Of a stretch of 64,000 bases of DNA, positions 39,980 to 52,821 are shown one piece after another. The notes beneath the pieces were generated by a model that searched no databases, was not told the DNA's origin, and worked only from the letters and a program-made list of their open reading frames with translations. Made by a program: the position numbers and the translations under genes. Source of the DNA: Phycisphaerae bacterium (GTDB lineage Bacteria; Planctomycetota; Phycisphaerae; UBA1845; Fen-1342); the NCBI GenBank assembly GCA_050115495.1, contig JASFQK010000007.1, positions 100,680-164,679 on the forward strand, given 5' to 3'. The number at the start of each line of letters is the position of its first letter. Within the stretch, counting starts at the first letter, position 1.

Positions 39980-40381
39980 ATGAGCGACCAGACCACCATC
40001 GAGAAGTGCGAGTCGCAGACCACGCAGCCCGAACCCGTCCACGGCGGCCCGACGTTTGTGCCCCCCGTCGACATCATCGAGCAGGACAACGAACTCCTCC
40101 TCGTCGCGGATATGCCCGGCGCCCGCCCCGACGGCCTCGACATCCACTACGAACGCGGTGTCCTGACCATCCACGGCCAGGTCGCCCCGCGCCAAAACGA
40201 CACCGACACGCGCTTTCTCCTCCGCGAGTACGGCGTCGGCAACTACCACCGCCGGTTCGAGATCGGCGAAGGCATCGACGCCGCCAAGATCGAGGCCGAC
40301 TTCCAGGAAGGTGTCCTGACCGTACACCTGCCCAAGGCCCAGGCGCTGCTGCCGCGCAAGATCGCCGTGCGTTCTAACTGA
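39980..40381 (+). CDS. small heat shock protein Hsp20/alpha-crystallin
   Basis: PPVDIIE, ADMPG, GVLTVHLPK, PRKIAV; AAGGAG RBS. Confidence 0.95.
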   Translation: MSDQTTIEKCESQTTQPEPVHGGPTFVPPVDIIEQDNELLLVADMPGARPDGLDIHYERGVLTIHGQVAPRQNDTDTRFLLREYGVGNYHRRFEIGEGIDAAKIEADFQEGVLTVHLPKAQALLPRKIAVRSN

Positions 40382-40459
40382 CCCCCTGCCCCCCTCTTCG
40401 GATGCGGCCCGCCGGTGACCCACTCCGCCGGCGGGCCCACTCCGGGTCCCACCAACCGT

Positions 40460-41017
40460 CTACAAACTCCCCCGCTCCTCCTCCGAAAACACCTGCGCCG
40501 TGAACAGCAGCACTTCGGTGTCCGGATCACGCCATGCGTCCGGCGACAGCCCCGCCTTCTCCCGGCAGCACCGCGACAGCAGCGTCTCCTTGTCCAGGTG
40601 ATGCTCCACCGCCACCTGCGGCAGGAACAACCCCTGACGCATCCCCTGTCGCACGATCACCCCATGCCGCCCCAGCTCCAACTCATCGATGGTGCCCATC
40701 GGTTCCGGAGCCGAAAGGATGGAAACCTCGACGACCAGGTCGGGCAATTCCGCCACCGCCACTGGGGAAAATCGGGGATCGTGCAGCGCCGATGATGCCG
40801 CCGCCCGGCGAACGGCGTCTGCCACCGACAACGACGGGTCCAGTGTCCCCATGCAACCGCGCAGACGCTTGAACTTGTGCAGGGTAACGAAGACGCCCCC
40901 GTGAGGCCCCGATACAGGGGATGGCTGGTACTCGGGCGCGACCCCGCGCACGGCACTCTCGATGACCTGTCGGGCGTACGCCGGCCAATCAACCGACGGC
41001 TGCGCTGCTGCGTGCAT
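40460..41017 (-). CDS. amrA: AmmeMemoRadiSam system protein A (AMMECR1 domain)
   Basis: GVFVTL..LRGCMG, DPRF.PV..EL, EVSILS, GLFLPQV, KAGL; AAGGAG RBS. Confidence 0.92.
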   Translation of the reverse strand: MHAAAQPSVDWPAYARQVIESAVRGVAPEYQPSPVSGPHGGVFVTLHKFKRLRGCMGTLDPSLSVADAVRRAAASSALHDPRFSPVAVAELPDLVVEVSILSAPEPMGTIDELELGRHGVIVRQGMRQGLFLPQVAVEHHLDKETLLSRCCREKAGLSPDAWRDPDTEVLLFTAQVFSEEERGSL

Positions 41018-41268
41018 CGCTGACTCCTTCACGCAGCCATGCAGACGCTTCGCGCACGACGCGCACCCCTCCACGCTCGCTATCACGTCTCGCCGACACT
41101 AACAGCCCGGCGAGGATTATCTCGCGCAGCGCACGTGACGAATCTCGCGCACCAACCAGGGAGCAACGCCGGTGAGTCTCGATGCAGCATCAGCCACGCC
41201 GGCCGCGATCGCCGAGCACAACCGGCGTGCTCGCAGGCCAGCGAACTCGCTTACGGCCCGGCCGACGC

Positions 41269-41385
41269 TCAGACCTGCCGGCCCTTGACCACCTTCAGGA
41301 CGATGATCAGCACGACGATCAGGCCGATCAGGACGATGTAGTACCACCAGCTATCGGTGATGCCCGCAAGTGTCATCAGACTCAT
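41269..41385 (-). CDS. 38-aa single-pass membrane microprotein (not in ORF track)
   Basis: MSLMTLAGITDSWWYYIVLIGLIVVLIIVLKVVKGRQV*; AGGAG RBS; GC-rich third codon positions; upstream promoter. Confidence 0.75.
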   Translation of the reverse strand: MSLMTLAGITDSWWYYIVLIGLIVVLIIVLKVVKGRQV

Positions 41386-41445
41386 GCCGCGCGCTCCTGA
41401 AGTGAGATTCGCCACTCACGTTGAAGACAAAGCCACTACGCCGTT

Positions 41446-41474
41446 TGTGTAACAGACCGACCCCGGCATGTCAA
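41446..41474 (-). promoter_or_regulatory. putative sigma70 promoter of the microprotein
   Basis: minus strand TTGACA-N17-TACACA with TG extension. Confidence 0.55.
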
Positions 41475-41976
41475 TCCGCCCCGCCATCCGCGCGCGTGTG
41501 CGGCATCGCGCGGCGAGCGCACCTCCGTCGGCGTTCGCGCGGCGCGGCACCGTCGCGAATCCGTCACCACCGGGCCATGGTTGAACGAGCAACAGCCTCG
41601 TTCGGGTCCCGTGAGCCCGGGCCACCCGCCCGCGCCGCGTATCTTCACCCTCCCGCGGTGCGGCAAACCACCCGCACCGCCCTCAGCGACGCGTCTCAGT
41701 GGGCGGCCGACTCGTGCAACTCGTACAACATGTTCAGCCGTCGGGGTTTGGAGCCGTTTTCGCGTGACGAATCGTCGCCAGCCGGCATAGCCCCGCAACA
41801 ATGAAAATCGAATGTAAACACCGCAAATACATTATGTTACGCACACATTCTCCGCACCCATGTCGGCAGGCCGTCACTAATACGATCTACAATACTGCTG
41901 TACCTCGCATCGAAGAAACGAACATAACCCGCGTACCAAAAAGCATTTAAGCCCATCTCACCCGCAGCAGCAACTG

Positions 41977-41993
41977 TGGCACACGGCTTGCAT
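41977..41993 (+). promoter_or_regulatory. sigma54 (-24/-12) promoter of porin operon
   Basis: TGGCAC-ACGGC-TTGCAT, near-consensus, downstream of an AT-rich tract. Confidence 0.75.
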
Positions 41994-42121
41994 TTGTAGC
42001 ACTCCCAAGGTGCGGTCTGTCTGTAGTTTGTCGGGTACTGTGTAGAAGCACTGTGGCTCCATGGCGGCTGGGTGACCGCAATCTCGTTGTTGCCCTGGGG
42101 TCGCGAGAAGGAGATGTGCAT

Positions 42122-43630
42122 ATGAGGAACCGTTTCTTTTGCGGGTGTACCCTCGCAGCGTTCGTCGCAGTGACGATGGCCAGCGCTGCCTTTGCGGGGG
42201 ACACAGGGTCATCGACACAGGATCAGGTCGCTCGCCTCGAAGCGCTGCTGGCGGCCCAGCAGGACCAGATCCAGTCACTCGAACAGCAGGTCGTCGCCGC
42301 CCAGCAGGCCGGCGCCGACGCCGGCCGAACCGATGCCATGAGGCAGCAGATCCGCGAGATCCTCGGGGAGCAGGAGTTCCGCGAGAGCCTCATGCCCTCG
42401 ATGCTCCAGGCCGGCTACGACGGCGGATTCTTCATCCGCAGCAGTGATGACAAGTTCCTGCTGAAGATGAAGGGCGCCACGCAGTTCCGCTGGACGCACT
42501 ACGCGACCCGGTCGGACAACCGGTACCTCTTCCCGCGCCGCGAGCGCGACGATCGGACCGGCTTCGACCTCCAGCGCACCCACCTGGCCTTCATGGGTCA
42601 CGCCTATGACCCGAACCTGACCTACTTGATCGAGTTCCAGGCCGATGCGCCCGATGGCTACGATGTCGTCGCCTCGTGCGCCTGGGTGAACTACCGCTTC
42701 GCGGACGAGATGCAGTTCCGTGCCGGTCTTATCAGCCTGCCCTCCACGCGGCAGCAGACGACCTGCATGTTCCATCAGCAGTCCATCGACCGCCCCCTGA
42801 CCGACGCCGTCTTCAGCCTCGGCTACGGCATCGGTGTCGAGTTCTGGGGCCAGCTCTTCGACAAGCGCCTGGAGTACCGTCTGGCCGTCGCGAACGGCGT
42901 CGCCGAGGGTGAGCGGGCCTATGCCGGCCGCACCATCACCAACGACCCCGCCGAAAACGACAGCAACCCGGCCATCCTCTTCCGGCTCGTCTGGCACGCC
43001 CTGGGCGAAGATCCCACCAACGACTTCTTCTCCATGGACGACCGCGCGCACCACGAGTCGCCGGCCCTCGACATCGGCTTCCACTACGCCTTCAACGACA
43101 ACTACGCCGACCGCGCTGGCGCCACCCGCCTGCCCTTCCCGCGCCGCACGCCGCTCCTCGGCGGCTTCGGCCTGACCGACAGCCAGGGCATGCAGATGAA
43201 CCAGTTCGGCCTCGACGCCGGCTTCAAGTACATGGGCTTCTCGGCCACGGGCGAGTACATCGTCCGCGTCCTGGACGTCCGCCGCGCCTGGCGCACGCCG
43301 TACACGCCGTGGTGGCTGCTCACCGGTGACGACTCGACCGTCGCGCAGCACGGTGCCTATGTCCAACTCGGCTACTTCCTGCCCATCCCCGGCCTCGAGG
43401 ACAAGCTCGAAGCCGTCGGCCGCGTCGGTGGCATCTCGACGCTCGCCGATGACCAGGAAGGGACCTGGGAGTACTCGGTCGGCATGAATTACTACTTCAA
43501 TGACGACGTCAAGCTCCAGGCCGACGTCACCAAGGTCAGCGAAGTCCCCATCAGCAGTGGGTATTCGAGCCTCGCCGAAGTCAACGACGATGCGCTCATC
43601 TTCCGTGTTCAGTTTCAGGTGGCTTTCTAG
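42122..43630 (+). CDS. outer-membrane porin, OprO/OprP-like with N-terminal coiled coil
   Basis: signal peptide AFA-G; coiled coil; AGYDGGFFIRS; alternating beta-strands; C-terminal FRVQFQVAF; AAGGAG RBS. Confidence 0.85.
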   Translation: MRNRFFCGCTLAAFVAVTMASAAFAGDTGSSTQDQVARLEALLAAQQDQIQSLEQQVVAAQQAGADAGRTDAMRQQIREILGEQEFRESLMPSMLQAGYDGGFFIRSSDDKFLLKMKGATQFRWTHYATRSDNRYLFPRRERDDRTGFDLQRTHLAFMGHAYDPNLTYLIEFQADAPDGYDVVASCAWVNYRFADEMQFRAGLISLPSTRQQTTCMFHQQSIDRPLTDAVFSLGYGIGVEFWGQLFDKRLEYRLAVANGVAEGERAYAGRTITNDPAENDSNPAILFRLVWHALGEDPTNDFFSMDDRAHHESPALDIGFHYAFNDNYADRAGATRLPFPRRTPLLGGFGLTDSQGMQMNQFGLDAGFKYMGFSATGEYIVRVLDVRRAWRTPYTPWWLLTGDDSTVAQHGAYVQLGYFLPIPGLEDKLEAVGRVGGISTLADDQEGTWEYSVGMNYYFNDDVKLQADVTKVSEVPISSGYSSLAEVNDDALIFRVQFQVAF

Positions 43631-43676
43631 ATTCGAATCTGTCGTCTAACCAACGGGATTCATGGAGGAACGCAGT

Positions 43677-43985
43677 ATGACTAACCGTCTCAAACGCGTC
43701 TTTGTGCTTATCAGCATGGGTGGCGTGGCCTTCACCTGGGGCCTGTTCGACTTCGGCTGCCATCCCTTCGCTGAGAACCAGCCGTATGTCGACTTCATCA
43801 ACAATGCCGGAACCTATGCCGTTCAAGTCGGCGTCGATTCCGCCTTCGACAACCTGGCTCTCCCGCAGAACGTCCGGGATTGGCTCGAGGTCCCCGTCAC
43901 GAACCTCTACAGGGAGATCTGGCAGGGCTACGTGAACAACACGTACCCCGAAGACCCCGTGTACACGACCCGACTGCTTCCGTAG
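43677..43985 (+). CDS. small exported protein / probable lipoprotein
   Basis: basic N-terminus, hydrophobic stretch, FG-C; GGAGG RBS; 46 bp after porin stop. Confidence 0.7.
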   Translation: MTNRLKRVFVLISMGGVAFTWGLFDFGCHPFAENQPYVDFINNAGTYAVQVGVDSAFDNLALPQNVRDWLEVPVTNLYREIWQGYVNNTYPEDPVYTTRLLP

Positions 43986-44425
43986 TCGCCCGTCGTAGAA
44001 CCGGCGACATCGCGGGCCGCACTGCAACGCAGTGTGGCCCGCTTCTTTTGGGCTGCCCCCGTCCACCCCGTCTCCGGACACCCGCTGCTCTGAGCGCTCC
44101 CGCGTCACGCGCATCCGCGGGGCCGCCCCACCACCCGATCCCGTACGATCCGTCATGCTGGCTCGCCCCCGGGAGCCTGGCGCAGCCCGGACGCGGCCGA
44201 TGGCCCACCCGAGCCCCCCTCTGTCGGGCCCCAGGGTCGGTGGCAGGCCCCGCCACCGACCGTCGCCGTGGCCCAACCTTTGCAGCACCCTGTCGCCCGG
44301 CCTGTCCGGCTCCGTGCCGTACTCGCCCGCTACGTCTGCCGCGACCGGTTACGGGTGCCGCCGCGGGCGCAGAGCACCGCCCAGCACACAAGAAATCAGG
44401 CCGTCAATTGTGCCAGGGGAGTGGA

Positions 44426-45358
44426 CTACTTGTGCTCGATCCGCGTCCAGAGCTTATGGATCGTGTAGTAGCCCGGAACCAGTTCCGGTCGGAACGCGTC
44501 GTCCAAGGTCGGGTTCTCGAGGTTGATCGGCGGAACGTTCGGGTACCAGTTGCCCTCGTACTGGTCCCGCGGCCCGACGTGAATCGACTCGCCGGGATAC
44601 CAAACGTGGAACCGCTGCGTCTCGACCGGACGCGACGAGCCCACGTTATAACGCAGCGAAGTGACGTGCCCGTCCTGCAGCAGCACGTTCGCCCGGTGAC
44701 CGGGGTGGCGCCAGTAGGCCACCGTGTTGTCGAACTGCGACGGCTCGTTCCAGACGCCCGTCGTCAGGGCATCGCCGCTGAGGTTGTAAATCGAACTCCA
44801 GCCGGCGTCGCCGACAAGCACGCGCGTCGCCGTGTTCCGTTCGTGATTCACGAAGACGCGGGGCTCCGACGCGCTCAGTGGACCGCGCGGCGTCCAGGCC
44901 CAGCCCCCGGCCGACAACACGACGCTGATCCCATAGCTGTAGTCGATGCCCGGCGTGGTTGTGCCTCCGGGATACTGCACGCCGAAGAACTCGCCGCGAG
45001 CCATGTTCAACGGATCAGGCCGCGCATCTTCCGGGCAGTACGCGCTCTTGGGTCCGCTCAGCATGCCCATCTGCAAGAGCACATCCACCCACGTGTAGCG
45101 CGTCGGCGTGCCGCCGTCGTCCCACAGCGGGTAGAAGTCAGAATCCATCTGCGCGTGCACAGCGCTGAAAGCCACCCCCACCGTCTGCAGATTCGCTCCG
45201 CACTTGGCTCGTTTGGCTTGGTGGTGCGCCAACTGCAACGGCGGAACCATGATCGCCAGGAGCAGAGCAATCGCGCCAATAACGACAAGCAACTCCGGTA
45301 GCGAGAACCCCCTTCGCCCCCAGCGCCGCCAGTTATGGACTCGCCTGGTCGCGTACAT
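44426..45358 (-). CDS. prepilin-type N-terminal cleavage/methylation protein with H-X9-DG motif (DUF1559-like)
   Basis: RRG|FSLPELLVVI, AKRAKCGANL, YCPED, RHPGHRANVLLQDGHV. Confidence 0.9.
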   Translation of the reverse strand: MYATRRVHNWRRWGRRGFSLPELLVVIGAIALLLAIMVPPLQLAHHQAKRAKCGANLQTVGVAFSAVHAQMDSDFYPLWDDGGTPTRYTWVDVLLQMGMLSGPKSAYCPEDARPDPLNMARGEFFGVQYPGGTTTPGIDYSYGISVVLSAGGWAWTPRGPLSASEPRVFVNHERNTATRVLVGDAGWSSIYNLSGDALTTGVWNEPSQFDNTVAYWRHPGHRANVLLQDGHVTSLRYNVGSSRPVETQRFHVWYPGESIHVGPRDQYEGNWYPNVPPINLENPTLDDAFRPELVPGYYTIHKLWTRIEHK

Positions 45359-45580
45359 CAACGCTCACGCGTGCCCCACAGACCTGGGTCACGGCTGTGA
45401 TCACAACACGTCCGCTCCATCGGACGCCAGCAACCACCCTAAGCTCTCGGGCCTCCTTGCCCGGCCACAGGCCGTTCGCCGCAGCCTCGGGCTACGATCA
45501 TACAAGTAGTTACACTACTCTAATCTAAACGCAATAGGCCGAAATAACAAGCTCAAGTCGCGCATCCTTTGCCTATCGTA

Positions 45581-45609
45581 TTATCGGCCAAACCGCGGCC
45601 CCTCCTTCA
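45581..45609 (-). promoter_or_regulatory. putative sigma28/WhiG-like promoter of prepilin-like gene
   Basis: minus strand TGAAG-N16-GCCGATAA. Confidence 0.5.
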
Positions 45610-45662
45610 ACTGTCGGTTTGCCGATTCGGCGTGTCGTCTTAAGCCCTTTCACGCCAATACG

Positions 45663-47495
45663 TTACATCCTATTCCCAGATGCCGGACAATTCAACGCAC
45701 CACCGGAACCCGGTCTGGAATGGAGACTCAGGATTCGAACAAACGGCGAGATGTCGAAGCTGCTGACCCGCCCGTCGTGGTCGATGTCGTTCACGCACAG
45801 GAAGTCGCAGCCGTTGCCGCCGTACTTCGCCTCCCACGCCGTCCGGCCCGCGGTGAACGCGAGCAGCAGGGCGCTGAGATCCGCATCGTCCACCGCGCCA
45901 TCGCAGTTACAGTCCCCCAGCAACTGCCCTTCGCAAGCGCCGCAGCCGCAGTTCAGATCATCCACGACGAGCCACATGTCCGAGACCTCGACGCAGCCGC
46001 TCTTGTTCAGATCGGCGTCGGCGTCGAATAACGGCTGCCCCGCACAGAACCCTTCCGCGAGCCGCGCGGCCTGCAAATCGGCGTACGTCGTTATACCGTC
46101 CCGCGTCACATCCCCTGCGCAGCCATTCCGCCAAACCACGATTCGCAGCGACTGCATCGCGTCGTCCGCCGCGAACCCCGCGATCACCTCCGGCAACGCA
46201 TTGCCGAACAGGTCGGCCACCGCCAGGTTCTGGGGCCGCAGGATGTCATCCGGCGCATCGGCCCGGAAGCCGGTCGTGTCGATGTCCGACCCGGTCCGCG
46301 TCCAGGTCTGCCCCCCATCGCTGCACAACGCGAACTCAATCTGCCGGGCCTCGACTTCCGTGGCGTGCCGCTGCTTCGTCACGAGGTCCGGATCACCGTC
46401 GCCATCGACGTCCGCCACCACGCCTGCCATACCGCGGTCCGGGCAGCCGGCGAAACCGTCCTCCGTCTCCGTCGCCCAGAAATCCACCTCTCCCGTGCAC
46501 GCCCCCGCCCAGTAGTCGACGGCCAGCCCGTCCAGGTCGGTCAGGAGCACGCCCGGCCGGCAGTCGGCGTCCGGCTGGACCGCCACGACGTCCGCACACA
46601 GTCCCGCCGGGTACTCGTGATGTACGGCGAACGTTCGCTCCCGCGTGTCCAGTCCGCACCAGAACGTGAGGATCGGGTCGTTCTCCGGCCCGGGATCGGT
46701 GCAGCCCGTGAAGCACAGGTCCGGCACCGAGTCGCCGTCGAAATCCGCCACGGTCAGGCCGCGTGTGAATTGCGTGAAGAGCTGCTCCTCGCCCTCCCAG
46801 TACACACGGTGCATACCCGCCACCGCCCCGCTGGCTTCCCAGAAGTGGATGATCCGCTGGTTATACCGGAGCACCGGATCCACGATGTACACGAGCTCGT
46901 CACGCCCGTCATGGTCGAAGTCCGCGGCCGCTGCCTCCGGGGGCGTGATGAAGTTCCCGGTGGAGTTGTAGCCGAACGGATACCGCAGGTACGTCGCGAA
47001 GTCCCGCTCGCCCAGGTTCTCGATGAACCACGCCTCGTCCCCGAAGTAAGCCAGCACCGCAAGGTCGGCGTCGCCGTCTCCGTCGAAGTCCCCGGCGGCC
47101 ACCTCGCTCGTTCCGTTCCGAAACACGTCCAGGGCCGCGACCGCCGGGTGCGGGACGAACAAATCGAACGTCGGCCCCACCGTGAGCGTGGTCCCCGCGC
47201 CGAAGAGAATGGTCAGCCCCCGTTCGTTGTTCAGCCGGTTCTGGAGGTCCGTCGCGTACCACGCCACGGCCAGATCGCACTGGTGGTCGCCGTCGAGATC
47301 GACGGCCACCACGTCAGTCACCGTGGCCACGTCTATCCCCGCCGGCAATGTGGCCACCGTCCAAGCCATCGGCTCCGGGCGGTACATCAGAAGCACCGCG
47401 TCCGCGACCGGACTGTCCGCCTCTCTCTCCAGCCCGACCGACGACGGGATCAGCGCCAAGACCAACAACCCTGCCACGCCGACGGACAGCCGCAT
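45663..47495 (-). CDS. secreted FG-GAP/VCBS repeat protein with two C-terminal dockerin-like domains
   Basis: signal peptide; DLDGDHQCDL, GDFDGDGDADL, ADFDHDGRDEL, ADFDGDSVPDL, ADVDGDGDPDL; GDVTRDG, DLNKSG, GDCNCDG, DIDHDG. Confidence 0.85.
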   Translation of the reverse strand: MRLSVGVAGLLVLALIPSSVGLEREADSPVADAVLLMYRPEPMAWTVATLPAGIDVATVTDVVAVDLDGDHQCDLAVAWYATDLQNRLNNERGLTILFGAGTTLTVGPTFDLFVPHPAVAALDVFRNGTSEVAAGDFDGDGDADLAVLAYFGDEAWFIENLGERDFATYLRYPFGYNSTGNFITPPEAAAADFDHDGRDELVYIVDPVLRYNQRIIHFWEASGAVAGMHRVYWEGEEQLFTQFTRGLTVADFDGDSVPDLCFTGCTDPGPENDPILTFWCGLDTRERTFAVHHEYPAGLCADVVAVQPDADCRPGVLLTDLDGLAVDYWAGACTGEVDFWATETEDGFAGCPDRGMAGVVADVDGDGDPDLVTKQRHATEVEARQIEFALCSDGGQTWTRTGSDIDTTGFRADAPDDILRPQNLAVADLFGNALPEVIAGFAADDAMQSLRIVVWRNGCAGDVTRDGITTYADLQAARLAEGFCAGQPLFDADADLNKSGCVEVSDMWLVVDDLNCGCGACEGQLLGDCNCDGAVDDADLSALLLAFTAGRTAWEAKYGGNGCDFLCVNDIDHDGRVSSFDISPFVRILSLHSRPGSGGALNCPASGNRM

Positions 47496-47660
47496 ACTAA
47501 CTCCCCTCAGTCTAACTGGTACCTGACCTGCGACCGTGAACCCCAGCCACCGGTCCGACGATGCCCGACTGACATGCCCGGCCAACGTCCGAACCGCTTC
47601 CGCCTCCCGCCACCGCTGTCTCCCTCGGTACGTGCCGCATCACGCGCTATGCAGTGAATC

Positions 47661-47688
47661 AAAAGGGGGTGAGACACTCTCACCCCCT
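47661..47688 (-). terminator. intrinsic terminator after PEP-CTERM pair
   Basis: minus strand AGGGGGTGAGAGTGTCTCACCCCCTTTT hairpin plus U-tract. Confidence 0.75.
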
Positions 47689-47726
47689 CTCGGGCGTAAT
47701 CATCTTCAGCGAGTATGCTCGCGCGA

Positions 47727-48488
47727 CTACCGGCGAAGCCTCAGCAACGCCACCGCCCCGAGGACGAGCAGACTGGCGCTCGCCGGCTCCGGGACAATCT
47801 CCCAGTAGTGTGTGCCCCCACCGATGTCCGTAGGCGTCAACGTGAACGCGAGCCGCGAACTCATGTCGGCCACGGGCACCATGATGTCCGTGTAGCCCGA
47901 CTGCGGCACGTTCTGATAGCCGCTGCCGCTGGGATTGGTCGTGTCGATCTCGTACAGCGCTTCGCCGAACATCGTGCCGGCGGGGACCAACCCGTTGTAG
48001 TCGGCGCGTAACATGCCGGCACCCGGATTCAGGGCCCGCATCGTAATGCCGCCACCGCCGCCGCCATCAGACACGTTGCCGGCCAGACCCATCTTGCCCT
48101 CGGCCCAGCCCACCGGAATCGGCGGATCGAAGGTCAACTGAGGAAAGAGGATCTCGAAGGTGGTGGTCGACTCGCCGGCCTGAACCGAGAATGCTCCGCC
48201 GATGCGCTTCCTGGTGTTACCGACCCGGACATCCAGGCTGGCGTTGTGCAGCGTCGCGCCATTGTCGAAGAACCAGGCGCCCATGCTCCACGTGTACTTC
48301 TGCGCCACGGGATCGAAGGTAACGCCGGGATCGGTTTTCAGCACCGTATAGCCGTCCGATCCGCTGTCGTTGGTCACCTGGATCTGGAAGATGACGTCCG
48401 AAAGCTCGACGTCCGCCAGCGCAACCGAACCTGCGGCCATGATCGCCGCGACAGCCAGTACTCCGAAGAACTTCGTACGGCCGAGCAT
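47727..48488 (-). CDS. PEP-CTERM sorting domain protein
   Basis: signal peptide ALA-D; C-terminal VPEPASASLLVLGAVALLRLRR. Confidence 0.93.
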   Translation of the reverse strand: MLGRTKFFGVLAVAAIMAAGSVALADVELSDVIFQIQVTNDSGSDGYTVLKTDPGVTFDPVAQKYTWSMGAWFFDNGATLHNASLDVRVGNTRKRIGGAFSVQAGESTTTFEILFPQLTFDPPIPVGWAEGKMGLAGNVSDGGGGGGITMRALNPGAGMLRADYNGLVPAGTMFGEALYEIDTTNPSGSGYQNVPQSGYTDIMVPVADMSSRLAFTLTPTDIGGGTHYWEIVPEPASASLLVLGAVALLRLRR

Positions 48489-48608
48489 GTCTTTACCCTC
48501 TCCCGCAGGGCGCCAAGCACCCCGCTCATCCTGTGCCCGCACACGCACCGCCCGACAGCCGCCACCGCGCAGCAACACACCGCTCGTGTCCGCCGCGCAG
48601 CGACGCCG

Positions 48609-49382
48609 TTAGCGGCGCCGAATCAACGCCACACTCGCCAGCAGCAGCAACAGGCCCGACGGCTCAGGCGTAATCGTGAAGTTGCCCGAACCGCTGGCGA
48701 AGTCGTTCGCCGTCAGCGAGAAATGGAACTGAATGCTCATGTCTGAGGCCGTGCCGATCGGCGCGAACATGCCGCCGCCGGGAACCTCCACGTCCACCGC
48801 AGTCAGGAACTCATCCTGCGGAACGACGATCTGGTTCACCTCGTCCGCGAAGGTCGTGCCGTTGGGCACGAACCCGTTGTACTGCGCCAGGTACGCGCCG
48901 CCCTCCGGGCACAAGCCGCCCAGAACCGCCGGCCCGATCTCGTTGAAGCGCATCAGGGTGAAGGCCGCGCTGGCCTGACCCTCGGCGTTGGAGATCTCGG
49001 GGAATGACAGCATCGCCGAAGAAATCGTGAACTCCGTGTCGGAGTCCTCGGCCTGCAGCGCGAATCCGAGGCTGACCGCCGGGTCATCGTTGAACCCCAG
49101 GGTCGTCCCGTAGCCCTCGAAGTCGGTGTACAGCGTCGCGATCACCTCGTCGCGGCCGCTGATGAACTCGATGTTCTGGTCGAGGATCCAGACGCTGCCT
49201 TCCCAATGCCCGCGAGGATCATCAGACATGATCTCGCAGTAGGCCTCACAGCCGTCGTCGTTGCAGACCTCGAAGCAGAACAACGCGTCAGACAGGTCGG
49301 CGGTCGCAGTCGGTACGACGGCCACAAGCAATGCACATACGCCGATACCCATCAACTTCTGCGCAATCCCCGTACTCGCCAT
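48609..49382 (-). CDS. PEP-CTERM sorting domain protein
   Basis: signal peptide ATA-D; C-terminal TPEPSGLLLLLASVALIRRR; AGGAGG RBS. Confidence 0.93.
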   Translation of the reverse strand: MASTGIAQKLMGIGVCALLVAVVPTATADLSDALFCFEVCNDDGCEAYCEIMSDDPRGHWEGSVWILDQNIEFISGRDEVIATLYTDFEGYGTTLGFNDDPAVSLGFALQAEDSDTEFTISSAMLSFPEISNAEGQASAAFTLMRFNEIGPAVLGGLCPEGGAYLAQYNGFVPNGTTFADEVNQIVVPQDEFLTAVDVEVPGGGMFAPIGTASDMSIQFHFSLTANDFASGSGNFTITPEPSGLLLLLASVALIRRR

Positions 49383-49659
49383 AACCGAGATCCTCCTTCC
49401 TCTTCTCTTCGAACTGGCCCGGTGGCACACCGGGATTAGGTTCGTTTTACGCCTTCTAGGACCAGAAGTCAAGCATTGAATACGTTAATGACCCTATAAT
49501 CCGACTTACCGAAGCCCCACAGAGGCACTTCGCCCGCCCGCGCCAGAGGACCGGCCATGGCGCACCGGTCCGCCTCCCCTATCGATGGCCCCTTAAGATA
49601 AACAGTGTTTCGATATTATGGGACGACGATGTCTGCACCCCCGCGACCCCGCCAGACCG

Positions 49660-52800
<3,141 letters not shown>

Positions 52801-52821
52801 CGCCCGCGCGCCGGCAGCGCC

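Noticed and set aside
40460..41017. Complete AmmeMemoRadiSam system
   Set aside because: Only the A component is present; no Memo (B) or radical SAM (S) gene in the window.
41660..41720. c-di-GMP-I riboswitch (GGCAAACC seed)
   Set aside because: Lacks the GNRA-capped P1 and the following GACGCAAAGC-like segment.
43986..44425. Gene or ncRNA in the 440-bp gap between convergent genes
   Set aside because: Overlapping ORFs are low-complexity without an RBS, and no recognisable RNA motif or strong repeat was found by eye.
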